DNA of 64,000 nucleotides, taken from contig OX442314.1 of NCBI GenBank assembly GCA_949358305.1, positions 31,372,001 to 31,436,000 on the forward strand. Direction: 5' to 3'. A program made the translations under genes and the position numbers. The notes beneath the pieces are model-generated. The model ran no database searches, was not told the DNA's origin, and was given only the letters and a program-made list of their open reading frames with translations. Every line of letters starts with the position of its first letter. Position 1 is the first letter of the stretch. The DNA comes from Strigamia acuminata. Taxonomy: Eukaryota. Shown here piece by piece: positions 33,842 to 45,256 of this stretch.

Positions 33842-34324
33842 CTAATCAAATATGTCAGGTCCAAGAAGTGAAGTTTTCCTTTTGCAGGACTTCCTACGCA
33901 CGTTCTTCTTCGGTCGAGTTCGTCTCTTAGACTGATTCTTTTGTTTGGTTACACGTCTTTTCTTTTGTTTACCATCCATCCGCTTTTGTTTGCCTCCTTT
34001 CTGTACACCAATCTTTTTTAAAAAATCCGATTTGGTTCGAACAACCTGATCTTTAAATGCATTTCCAAATTTTCTCTTGTTTACACGCATATCGGAAATT
34101 ACGTCTAATCCTCTCTTCAAACCATACGTTGCTGCATCCAACGCTCCACTTCTCACAAAAGGCTTTACAATTCGAAATGCGTCACTTATAAGTGAACCCA
34201 AACCATGTCCTTGTTGATAGCGAGATCCTACAAATATAGGAAGATCTGCTCCACCTATTTGCGCATGATTTGAGCAATATCTATCCATGCAGATTTGAGG
34301 GTTGTGTTCATAGTGAAATCTCAT
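33842..34324 (-). CDS. Polinton basic core/virion protein
   Basis: QIGGADLPIFVG...QQGHGLG conserved-type N-terminus; very K/R-rich C-terminus ending DIFD; position between minor and major capsid genes. Confidence 0.7.
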   Translation of the reverse strand: MRFHYEHNPQICMDRYCSNHAQIGGADLPIFVGSRYQQGHGLGSLISDAFRIVKPFVRSGALDAATYGLKRGLDVISDMRVNKRKFGNAFKDQVVRTKSDFLKKIGVQKGGKQKRMDGKQKKRRVTKQKNQSKRRTRPKKNVRRKSCKRKTSLLGPDIFD

Positions 34325-34328
34325 CTTG

Positions 34329-35459
34329 TCAATCCAATCTCTTCCTGAAGTGTAACGTTGCAACGACACGTCCAAACTCGAATGGTACTTTTTCTCCGGT
34401 GTCACCCCTTATAAGCACTTGTATGGATTCAAATTGCAATTTTGCCAGCGGTTTATAATGTGGATTTTCAAAAGTTTGGGAGATGTATTGTCCTCGCTCT
34501 TTTCCTTGAATCTGTATTATTCTTAACAGTGGCGCTAAAGTATCCCCAACAATGTTTGGTTGTATTAGATTGCAATACAAGTACATATGATATAGTCCAA
34601 CTTGTTCATCCATTTTATGAAAAGCTTCTGTTGTTTTTGTAATTACACGCAAATCATTAAAACCGAGAGTTGATGCCAAGGCTTTATCAAGAACCAGCTT
34701 GGTGTTAATTGGCAAGTTAATCTCAATTTTCTTTGATGATATATTAAAACTAAATGGTGCTTTATCAATAACTACGAATGCTTTAAGATTTAAAGCATCT
34801 ACTAATTGATCAGGTCCCGAATAATTTCCAGGTTTCAAGCTTTGTTTCTGTTTACCATCAGTCTCCTTTTCAATTGATAAATTCCAATTTTTATCATTGA
34901 TAAGATTTGGTGTGAGACGTGGAGAATCACGAGCCGTCTTGGATTCATCAGCGTAAAAATCATCATCTTCATCTTTCACAAAACCTAACACATATGCCAG
35001 CCTCTGCGGGATCATGACTTGAAACTTAGGCATAATTATTATTTCAAATCTTAAACGAGTGGAATTCCAGTGAAATTTAATTCCTAATTTTTGCAATGCT
35101 TTGTCAAGATCTTTAACTTTCTCATCTTTCTTGGTTGGAGATGTTAAATTATTATTTAAAAAGTTAAGAAACTCGGATATTAGCTTATCCTGCGGTAGGG
35201 ATGCATCCACAAATTTGAATGGTGGAAATTTGATTGCATTGACTTCATTCTTCAGTATTCGAAAATCGGCACCTCGGGGCAATAGAGCAGTACTCCAGCT
35301 TCTTGGATAAAGGAATTCAACCAGACCCACTTCCCAATTTTCATCTAAATTAATATATGATGGTAATTGCGTATGAAATTCCGTCAATGTATTATTCGGG
35401 TAATAATCTAAGCTGCTATTTGATGGAAGACTCACATAGAAACTCTGTTCCGGATCCAT
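34329..35459 (-). CDS. Polinton minor capsid (penton-like) protein
   Basis: FYVSLPSNSSLDYYPNN..F...LP, WEVGL, YLYCNLI.P.IVGD..APLLR, LHFR. Confidence 0.87.
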   Translation of the reverse strand: MDPEQSFYVSLPSNSSLDYYPNNTLTEFHTQLPSYINLDENWEVGLVEFLYPRSWSTALLPRGADFRILKNEVNAIKFPPFKFVDASLPQDKLISEFLNFLNNNLTSPTKKDEKVKDLDKALQKLGIKFHWNSTRLRFEIIIMPKFQVMIPQRLAYVLGFVKDEDDDFYADESKTARDSPRLTPNLINDKNWNLSIEKETDGKQKQSLKPGNYSGPDQLVDALNLKAFVVIDKAPFSFNISSKKIEINLPINTKLVLDKALASTLGFNDLRVITKTTEAFHKMDEQVGLYHMYLYCNLIQPNIVGDTLAPLLRIIQIQGKERGQYISQTFENPHYKPLAKLQFESIQVLIRGDTGEKVPFEFGRVVATLHFRKRLD

Positions 35460-35512
35460 GCCTGCTCACTTCTGATTGCATCATTGACGTGACATCACCT
35501 CTTATATGAACA

Positions 35513-36112
35513 ATGTTTCATCATCCATTTACTGCTATTATTTCTGGAAGTTCGGGTACGGGCAAAACGGAGATATGCAAGAAAATCATCCGAAATGCGA
35601 GTAAAATGATTGATCCACCCCCACAAGATATTTGCTGGTACTATTCAATATGGCAACCATGGTACATCGAATTTCCCAATGTGCAGTTCCACGAAGGATT
35701 ACCCAATTTAAAGACTTTGGATTCATCAACGAGAAAGCTTTTCATCATTGACGATCAAATGGAAAATTTAAATCAAGAGATTGGGTTATTGTGGACTAAA
35801 TATTCGCACCATACGAGCACTAGTGTATTTTATTTGTGCCAAAACATATTTCATCAAAGCAAATATCAACGAACTTTATCATTAAATAGTCACTATTTAA
35901 TCCTTTTTCGAAATCCCAGAGATATGAATCAAATCGCAAAAGTAGGGAGTCAAATGTTCCCACAGCGAGGTAAATTTTTCATGTCAGCATTTAACGATGC
36001 AACAGCGCAAAGTTTTGGATATTTATTAATTGATTTGAAACCGGATACACCCCAAGATCAAAGAGTGAAGACTAATATATTTCCGGATGAATATACTATA
36101 GTTTACATATAG
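35513..36112 (+). CDS. Polinton genome-packaging ATPase (A32/FtsK-HerA-like)
   Basis: HPFT..ISGSSGTGKT Walker A, FIIDD Walker B, SHH, QNIF, RTLSLN, NPRD. Confidence 0.93.
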   Translation: MFHHPFTAIISGSSGTGKTEICKKIIRNASKMIDPPPQDICWYYSIWQPWYIEFPNVQFHEGLPNLKTLDSSTRKLFIIDDQMENLNQEIGLLWTKYSHHTSTSVFYLCQNIFHQSKYQRTLSLNSHYLILFRNPRDMNQIAKVGSQMFPQRGKFFMSAFNDATAQSFGYLLIDLKPDTPQDQRVKTNIFPDEYTIVYI

Positions 36113-36121
36113 ATTCCACCA

Positions 36122-36457
36122 ATGAAACGAGTAAGACGTCACGCTAATGTGCTCCGGGCCATTCCCGATTTAAATAAGAGACAAATCAAGGATTTTCTCA
36201 AACATTCTAACGATGATTTCTGTAAAACCATCTGTGAAATTTGTTTAAACATTATAAAAGGTACAATTAAGTTAGGAGCAAATCAGAAACAATCACTTTA
36301 TCGAAGGAGAAGGTTGTTAAGAAAATTGGCCACTCCTACATCTTCATTCAAACAAAGACGGAACTTGGTCATTCAAACTGGTGGATTTTTACCACAACTA
36401 CTCGCCCCAATTATTGGAGCATTAGTAGGTAAACTAATTAGTAAACGAAATGGCTAG
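36122..36457 (+). CDS. Small conserved-type Polinton protein
   Basis: ICEICLNIIKG and QTGGFLPQLLAPII amphipathic tail; lies between ATPase and integrase. Confidence 0.75.
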   Translation: MKRVRRHANVLRAIPDLNKRQIKDFLKHSNDDFCKTICEICLNIIKGTIKLGANQKQSLYRRRRLLRKLATPTSSFKQRRNLVIQTGGFLPQLLAPIIGALVGKLISKRNG

Positions 36458-37334
36458 GAAAATGGTTTTAGTACCGCAGGAAATGATGTCATCTTTACAA
36501 TATTCGAAAAAGAACTATGATGATATTGATCCGCAATATCAAAAATTGCAAAAGATTGAATCGTCAATAGAGGAAATTTTCAATGATGCAAACTTGAATG
36601 ATGAAATGAAAGCTAAACTTATATCGACACTTCAATCTCAATTTGGAAACTTCAAACAGAAGCTAATGAAACAATTAAATGCACCAAAAACTGTTACTAT
36701 ATCACCTCCAGCTCAATCCACATCTCCACCTCAATCACCACCACCAATTGTTTCGCACTTATCCACATCTCAATCGCCATTTGTTCTTCAACCATTGGAT
36801 AAAATAATGTTGAATAAAATGTCAAAAGATCAAAAGAAACAAGCTATTGCGTTAATGGAAGTTATGAATTTGAATCCAAGGTTGAAATGGAGCAATCTAT
36901 CGGAAATGATTATAGATGGAGTAAAAATTCCAAATACAACCAAAGCTGATCTTATAAACTATGCCATAAGAAACCGCCCGAAGCAAAATGTAATTCCGAT
37001 TGGTCAGTCAGAGTATATTAAAATTTTGATTGATTCAAATGTACCAAAAGAATACATTATCAACAAGAATTTAAGAAAGGAATTAATTAGACCGATGAGC
37101 ACTTCAACTCCCACAATTACTCGGGACATTCATAGAGATTCATTAAGTGGAAATGAGTCCATCCTCAATAATCAAACACTATCAGATCAAGAGCTGGCAG
37201 ACCTAGAGTACAGTTGGGCCCATTACGGAACACCAAACAAAACTTCAAGATTTCATCGAGACCGAGACGAGAGTGCATTTAAATATAAAACACCAAGTTC
37301 CGGTTCACAAAAAAGGAAAAAAATAAAGAAATAA
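36450..37334 (+). CDS. Polinton hypothetical protein
   Basis: 294 aa; MARKMVLVP start, W....EMIIDG..IP....DLI motif, basic C-terminal NLS-like tail; overlaps upstream gene. Confidence 0.7.
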   Translation: MARKMVLVPQEMMSSLQYSKKNYDDIDPQYQKLQKIESSIEEIFNDANLNDEMKAKLISTLQSQFGNFKQKLMKQLNAPKTVTISPPAQSTSPPQSPPPIVSHLSTSQSPFVLQPLDKIMLNKMSKDQKKQAIALMEVMNLNPRLKWSNLSEMIIDGVKIPNTTKADLINYAIRNRPKQNVIPIGQSEYIKILIDSNVPKEYIINKNLRKELIRPMSTSTPTITRDIHRDSLSGNESILNNQTLSDQELADLEYSWAHYGTPNKTSRFHRDRDESAFKYKTPSSGSQKRKKIKK

Positions 37335-37374
37335 ACAGCATATCTAGGAGCATAGAACAAAGGTAGAAAAACAT

Positions 37375-38469
37375 ATGGCAGAGCATCAATTGAAAGATAT
37401 CTACTTTAATCTAAGAAATCCTGCCGGATTTAGTAGTCGAGATAAATTGTTCCATGCTGCACGTAATCGGGGGGTACAAGTTACCAGAAAGGAGATTCAA
37501 GATTGGTTACAAGGACTAGACTCATATACCTTACATAAACCAGTTCGATACAAGTTTCAACGCTCTAAGACTATTGTACCATCTATTAATTACCAATGGC
37601 AATCGGATTTGGTTGAAGTTGGAAACATAGCAAAGGAAAATGATGGAAATAGATATTTAATGACTGTCATTGATGTATTTTCACGATATGCGTATATTGA
37701 AGCTTTACCAACAAAGTCTGCGCAACATATTATAAAAGCTTTTGAAACAATTCTAAAACGTGCCAAGACTAAACCCCTTTTTCTACAGACCGATAAGGGA
37801 AAAGAATACTTAAATAAAGCTTTTCAGGAATTCTTACTAAAAAATAACATCAAACATTTTACAAGTGAAAATGATGATATTAAATGTTCACTTTGTGAAA
37901 GATTAAATCGGACCATAAAGCAGAAAATGTGGACTTATTTCACATATACCGGCAGACATCGATATATTGACCAACTGCAAACATTTATTGATTCGTATAA
38001 TCATAGCGTTCATCGAACATTAGGAATGAAACCTGTTGATGTTACGAAAGAGAAAGAACCGGCAGTGTTTTACCACTTATATGGTGATACAATAAATAAA
38101 AGACATAAAAAATTTAAGTTTAATATTGGTGATGGTGTTAGAATATCAAAATCAAAAGTGGTTTTCCGAAAGGGATACAGGGGAAGCTATTCGCATCAAA
38201 TTTATTATATTGCCAATCGATTAATCTGACCACCAGAAGTTGTCTATATGCTTAAAGCTTACAATGATGAACCTTTACTCGGTACATTTTATGAATTTGA
38301 GTTGCAGAAAATTAATAAACCCAAGGATGCGGAGTATGCTGTAGAAACAGTATTAAAGTCTAAAGGCAAAGGTGCGAATAAATTATATTTTGTAAAGTGG
38401 ATGGGTTATGGAGATGAATTTAATTCCTGGATTCCCGCTGATGACTTACGAGACAACCCACCATTATAA
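37375..38469 (+). pseudogene. Polinton retroviral-like integrase with C-terminal chromodomain; one in-frame TGA at 38227-38229
   Basis: YTLHKP, WQSDL, IDVFSR, QTDKGKEY, ERLNRTIK; in-frame downstream YAVETVL...YFVKWMGY...NSWIP chromodomain. Confidence 0.92.
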
Positions 38470-38523
38470 TTTGTATACACATAAATAATAAACATATATT
38501 TCGATCATTGCATATGCACTTGT

Positions 38524-38910
38524 TTATTTAACAATAGTTACATTCGAATGGAGAAAAGAGATTGCTCGAGTTAATCTAATCCATTGATACCAATTTAAAT
38601 TAATTCCTTTGATGGATGGACCAGCTCTGCTAAACTGTCTGATATCAAATATTACATCATCTCCACGTTTGCAAATATTTAGTTGTTTTCCATTTCCTAG
38701 ATCAAAAGTGGAATTGCATCCATTGGATACAGGCAACATTTTCACTACATCCACAGTTGGTTGGATTAAGGTTGGAGGAGAGTACATCAGAATCATGATT
38801 TGTAGAATAACGATACAACATCCAACAACAGAGAAACTTCCAGTCGTAATCCATAATTTATGATTTTCAAATAAGAGCATCAGGTTTTTCTGTAATCCTG
38901 CTCTGTCCAT
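38524..38910 (-). CDS. PC4-like domain protein with an N-terminal hydrophobic segment
   Basis: FDLGNGKQL...VIFDIRQF...PSIKGINLNWYQW resembles PC4; FSVVGCCIVILQIMILMY is hydrophobic. Confidence 0.65.
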   Translation of the reverse strand: MDRAGLQKNLMLLFENHKLWITTGSFSVVGCCIVILQIMILMYSPPTLIQPTVDVVKMLPVSNGCNSTFDLGNGKQLNICKRGDDVIFDIRQFSRAGPSIKGINLNWYQWIRLTRAISFLHSNVTIVK

Positions 38911-38941
38911 GGTTTGTGAAAGAATGACACGATAATATATA

Positions 38942-40162
38942 CAGGGTGGAACAAAAGTCTGTTCCCCTCAAATATTTCCTCACCAATTACATCTAGGCCA
39001 ACTTTGATGAAGCGATCGTATAGGAAGTTAGGGGAGAGCAATCCAATGATGTCATCAAATTTGACCTTGAAAGCCATTTTCAAGGTCATTCACTTGCTAA
39101 CTTCTAACCCAATCAAGTTAGAGCAAAAAAGTCAATTACAAAGTTGTAGAGCACCATCAAATTACTACTATCCAACTTATCTTAGTCATCTAAAGTTAAA
39201 TGTTTTCTTTTTAAAAAGGAGACAAATCAGAAAAAAAATCAGCAAAGTGAAATTTTTTAACCCGCGGAGGCATAAGGATAAAATGTGCCGTTTTGGTTAA
39301 AGCCATTACGGATTTATGGACAATTTTTAAGTTGATTGGTTAAAGCGCCATTTAGTTTGTTTTTAATTCGGAACTAATTTTATTGAGAACGTAATGCCTA
39401 AACAATAAAAATAAATAGATTTGAGCCATCTGGAGGTGGTTTTAATCACTACTGGTAAATGCGAAAAGCTGTTCACTGAAGCGCTGTTTACAAATACAGC
39501 AAAGCCAGCTTAAAAGTTATGCTGGAGTTTTAAGGGGCAGAAAATTTCCAAGTTGAATATTTAATTAAATAAATGATGAATCATTACAAATTTCACCTGA
39601 GATTTACTTTGTTATCAGATAAACAAAGTCACAAATTTTTAGCAAGAAAAATTCAGAGAAAAAAAAATTTCCTATTCAAGAAAAAGCTTGTCCATAAATC
39701 CGTATCGCCAAGGATTAATCTTGTGATAAAGTAATTATTGAGGCATTAAAAAAAGGCTGTGGTTTTTCTTGTTTACTTACATAATGATGCACATTTGAAT
39801 ACGTTTATTTAAGTAATTCAGTATTTTTGTGATAGAAATTTAAGTTTTGTCACAATGGCTGGCTTTATTTCAGCTGATTTGTCTCCTTTTTAAAATGAAA
39901 ACATTTAACTTAAGATTATTAAGATAAGTTGGATAGTACTAATTTGATGGTGCTCTACAACTTTGTAATTGACTTTTTTGCTCTAACCTGATTGGTTTAG
40001 AAGTTAGCAAGTGAATAACCTTGAAAATGGCCGTCAAGGTCAAATTTGATGACATCATTGGATTGCTCACACCCAACTTCCTATACGATCGCTTCATCAA
40101 AGTTGGCCTAGATGCAATTGCTCAGGAAATATTTGAGGGGAACAGACTTTTGTTCCACCCTG
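38942..40162. mobile_element. 1221-bp Tc1/mariner-type MITE, copy 2
   Basis: Same sequence and orientation as 15114-16334; TA TSD. Confidence 0.93.
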
Positions 40163-40316
40163 TATAATAATGGTTTTATTTTATAAAAATAATAATAATA
40201 ATAATAATAATAATTTCATTTACAAAATAAATTACATGATAAGATAATGATATAATAATAATAAAAATATGTAACAGTTTTGTTTACAAAATAAATAAAT
40301 AAATAAATAACACTTT

Positions 40317-43300
40317 TTACAAAATAATATTGTAATGCCCATGAGCTAGAGTCGTTACACCATCACTCAAAATGTACCTTTTATCATCTCCAGCAGACAA
40401 AGCAATTTTCTTTTGCAAAATTGTATATAATTCGTGATCGAAAGAGCGAATTTGATTTGATGAACGTGCGTTTTCTATTTTGTTGAATAGACACTCTTTG
40501 TAGTCTTTGTGGCGAAGTTGATTTCGCACACTTCGAGGTACACCTTTTGCTGTCTTTTTTTCTTGATCTTTTGTTTTAAACGAATACATTTTACATCGAA
40601 GTCCGAGAAATTCCTGTATGCATTTCCCGGACATTTCGTCTTTAAACTTTCCAATTACCTTTTTATTCTTTGTGCTGTATAGGGAGTGTGTGGAAGGATA
40701 ATCTGAAGTGTCGAATTTTTCTAAATCTTTTTTCATGTCTGCATAAATATCATCTGTTTCGATATTATACGTTAAACTATCCGTATCAGTAAAAAGCAAC
40801 TTGGCTTTGTTCCCATATGTTTTTTTGATATGATTATAATGAAAATCATACATAAGGACTTTGCTAAGTTCTAGAATGCAAAAGCCCACGTATATGGGTC
40901 TATTTAATAGGATATTTCTTTTCTTTAAATGTACACCTACAAGATCTTCATTGAAAATCTTGAACTCGTGAAAAGTTGGTGAATTTAATAATTTAGTCAC
41001 TCGCTCTGGATTTTGCACCAACCTCACATCAACACGTTTCCTGACGGATTCGAGCGACTTCCCAAAAACACTATTATTCATCAATTTGAAGAAGTCCTTT
41101 TGAAAACTATTGGTTGCTTGTTTTCGCAACTCAGTATTTAAGCCAATGTACTTTGCAAGCCAATCAGATTGTTCAAATTCCAGAATTTTATGAATTTTCG
41201 TGACTTTCATTCCCAATTTCAAATACAATTGGAGGTTTTGATAGTGGATAATGTATTTTGTTTTGTTAGCAAGGTTAGGAACTAATTTGGGAGATGGGTG
41301 ATGTTTTTGTTCTAGTAGGTTAAGGTGTTCGAGACTGTAGGGTGATAACATGTTTTCAGTTACTGTTAGTCGTTCGGGAGCAAGAGGATAATCGTTATGG
41401 GAATCATGGAGTTCTTTGGGATATTCTAAATCTACTTCCAAAATATATCCCTTTGTGCCGGTATCACTAATGCTTAACACATCAAAATCATCGGTGGGCG
41501 GTATCCATTTGAAATTATGAGTTAGTAAATATTGGTTCATTGCCCAGCCGTACAAGTTATTCGCATCGAGATAGATGATGTGATTGGATGGAAGGTCCTC
41601 TTTATAACCATCTATATCTTTGTGATTGGCTTTAGCAAATCGATGGCTAATCATTGATATACCACCGCGAATACCATTTTCAATAAAGACATGCATAAGC
41701 GGATCCGTTAACAGTTCTAATTTGACATCCGTTAGTTTCAGACATGCCCCCCACGAGAGACCGGGTGTTGTGAAATAATTGCAACAATCCAATTTATAAG
41801 TCTCTAAACAAATCGAACGAAAATTTTCAAAGACGTCAGCTAGCAGCAAAACGTCAGTCAAAACATAAAGGTCTTGATAAACACCGAGATTTAGGATATT
41901 GAATTTATCCCACACATTCATTGCATGATTATAGTCAGATTCGGATACACTTTGCCCACTTAGAGTACTGAAAAATGCGGATATGGGAGGAAGTTGGATT
42001 TCGTTGAATTTGATCCAAGAGTCCATGTACTCATATGGAAAAATACCTTTCCGTAATAACAATCCGATTTCATCAGGTTTGAAATGTTGATTCATTATTC
42101 GGAATTGGTTTGGATCGCTTTTGAATAAATTAGCAACCAATGATTCTAAAGATGCATTCATAAATTGCAGACTATCGAGAAATCGAAGATTTCCGAGTGA
42201 AAAAGTAATATATCGTTGCATGTTGGTTGGAATACAGCTTATTTCACGATCTTTATACTTTCCAATTCCTTGCATTAACAAATGTGAATCATAATTTTTT
42301 AAGTTATGAAACACAACGGGAATTTGTTTAGATGTTCTGCGATACATCAGATTACAAAAATTATGAGCAGGGCCACGGAACTTGCCAGTAGCATGATCAT
42401 GGTCCCTTACTTTCTTTTCATTTTTTAAAAATGCCTTATTACAAATGTGACAAGATGTAGCACTTTCCATAAACAATTTTTCTTGATCCGATAATTCCAT
42501 TGGAAGATTTAAAGCCATAAGCTTTCCCAACTCTACTTCCAATTTAGTAATGTGATCAAGAAAATGATCAACTGCATTTTCACCTCGATATACCGATGGA
42601 GGTTCATGCAATTTACCTTCTGTATTGATTACGGCATAAGCATAACCCGATGGTACGTGCTTAGACACTTTTTGCACTTTGCTTGTCTCATCTTTTTCAA
42701 CATTTTTAACGAGCAGTGACTCGAAATCCGCATATATTACAAATGGGACTTTAAATTGTTTATGGAAATCAGTAAAGTGCATCCATTTTGTTTCATCAGT
42801 GGGGTATTTGACTTTTTGAAGTCCATGGGTAGAGCAGTACTCCAAGTGATCTTTTAGTATCCGTTCTGACGAACATCTATGCAGACAATATTTACAATAG
42901 TGAGCTTGGGGATCATGATGTGTTAATGAATGTAACAGTTTATTTAAATTTTTAATCCAGCAATAATGTTGGGTTTGATCATTAGCAAAAAGTAACAAAT
43001 TTATTTCGGTTTTATGTTCCATTTTGCTAATGTATAGGGGAAACACTTCTTTTTCAAAACCAAACACATGAACACTAATTGCATTCATGGATTCAAACTT
43101 GGGGATTTGTTGAATTGTCATCGGGAATGAAAGTCCAGTTAAATCTAAAGTGTTTTAGTACTTGGTATAATGTGAAACACGTTCAGGATGGGAAGGTGCA
43201 GGATGCAGAGCAGCTAAAACACTCCAGAGAAAACACAAAGAATCATCATTTTGCACATTTATTATTGCTTTCTTGTCTGCTAAAAATTTGGGGAGTGTGA

Positions 43301-44774
43301 TGTAAGATCTTCCAGCCAATGGGCGATATCTACCAATATTTACATGCATCTCTACCACCGCTTCAAATACCCAACCACTACCATCTCGTTGAAATTCGGC
43401 ACAAGAACGTTTAATTTTCTCGTACGCCTCCAATAATTGGTTCTCGAGATCCGATTCAACGAGCACAATATAGCAAATGCTTCGAAAACACGCGATGGTT
43501 TCTGTATCACCACTCTGTGATGATCGAGTAAAATGTATTTTAACGGCGATGTAATATTTTACCGCTTTCTTTTTAATCAATTGAAAATTTAAAATACGTT
43601 TCACCTGACTGTGGTGTTGGATGAAAAAGTGATTTAAATCACCACAATCATTACCGGGAATTTTATATGTGTTGACGTTTCCCTCTAATGCGTCAACACA
43701 AGGATCATCACAGGGTAGTGGTTGTGGATGTGGAACGGCGGGTAAAGGATGAACATGAACTTGCATGTGTTTAAGTAAATTATTATTTGAAGAAAAAGAC
43801 TTTTTGCAAACATTGCAGGGAAATAACTCTTTGCTGCAATTGTGAATTTTTTTAACATTTCGCAGCATGGCATCTTTGCGCGAAAAAATATTGGTACAAA
43901 TTGGGCATGAGAATGTGCTTTTAGCAAGAGTATGCGAATGAATAAGATGCCTTTTTAACGTTGAAACACATGAAAAAATTTTATTGCAGTACTCACATGA
44001 ATGTACTTTCTCTCCACCTCCAATTTGTTGCACTAAAGCCATAGGAGATGGGGGATTGACGATGCGGCTTGTTCCTGCTTGGTGCAAATTTGGTTGGTAG
44101 TGGTACACAGGAGCTGAACACTCGCATGATATCGATGGATTGCACGATTGAGATGATGCAGGTTCAGATTGATTGTCGCAGGTTGGAGTTGGCACATGTT
44201 GAAACGCATTGGTGCAAGATGGAGATGGCACGTGTTGATACTGGTTGATGATGGTAGGTGGTGAGAGTGGATAAATTGGAGAATGATTATAAATCCATGG
44301 AGAATCATTGTATCCATTTTCATCATCTGGTAGAGGATTGGGCGTGTTAACTTGAGGAAATAGAGATTCTTCAATTTCCGTAAGCATCTCTTCAAATTCG
44401 CAATTATTATGTTGTCCCACTTGATTATGAATTTGATGGTTAATCAAGAGAGGAACGGGAGACTCACATGATGTCAATGGATTGCATGATTGAAATGATG
44501 CAGGTTGAGATTGGAGGATACAGGTTGGAGATTGCACGTGTTGAGACTGGTTGATGATGGTTGGAGATGGGATGAGTTGAGACTGGTTGATAATGGTAGG
44601 CGATGAGATTGGAAGAATGGGAGAATGATTATAAATCCAACATGGAGAATCATTAAATCCATTTTCTTCATCAACATCCGATAGAGGATTAGGCGTATTT
44701 ACTTGTGGAAAGAGAGATTCTTCAATTTCCATAAGCAACTCAGCAAATTCAGAGTGAATGTGGTTAAATTCCAT
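40317..44774 (-). pseudogene. Polinton protein-primed DNA polymerase B with N-terminal C2H2 fingers; one in-frame TAA at 43155-43157
   Basis: YADFE, RDHDH..G.FRGPAH..CN, FHNLKNYDSH, YLDANNLYG, KLMNNSVFGK, FTDTDS; ORFs 43155-44846 and 40317-43121 share a frame separated by one stop. Confidence 0.95.
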
Positions 44775-44867
44775 GATACAAACAGTACCTAGCACTTGCA
44801 AGAAGTGAAGAGAAGAGAGTAGGGAATTGCAAGTATATATACCCATTACCAGTTTCCCACTGGTTAA

Positions 44868-45256
44868 GATGACTACCCAATAATATCTCTCCTTTGGTTA
44901 AAAGTAGCCTAAGGGTCCTTTGAAAATTTGGGAAAAACAACAACAAGGTGCTTAAGGAAAGAAAAACAAGGGGCCTTTGAAAATTTGGGAAAAACAACAA
45001 CAAGGTACTTAAGTAAAGAAAAACAATAACAAATAATAGCCTAGGGCACATTGATCGAATGATAAGATTGATTGATTGAGGCAATTAGTCATCCCCACTT
45101 AGCTCTCCCCTTATCTCCCCCTCTCCTTATCTCCCCTCCCCTTATCTCCCCCTTCACTTATCTTCCCCTCCCCTTATCTCCCCCTACTTACCCCTCACCA
45201 CCCCCCACCCCCCTCACCACCAACCACTGGCCCAGGACTGCCACTATCCCCCTACT
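44868..45256 (-). repeat. Polinton right terminal inverted repeat
   Basis: Reverse complement of 13519-13907. Confidence 0.95.

Larger units (their letters stand above)
13519..45256. mobile_element. Maverick/Polinton (endogenous polintovirus), about 15.3 kb once nested insertions are removed
   Basis: AGTAG...CTACT termini; ~389-bp TIRs; 6-bp TSD GACATA at 13513-13518 and 45257-45262; full core gene set. Confidence 0.97.
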
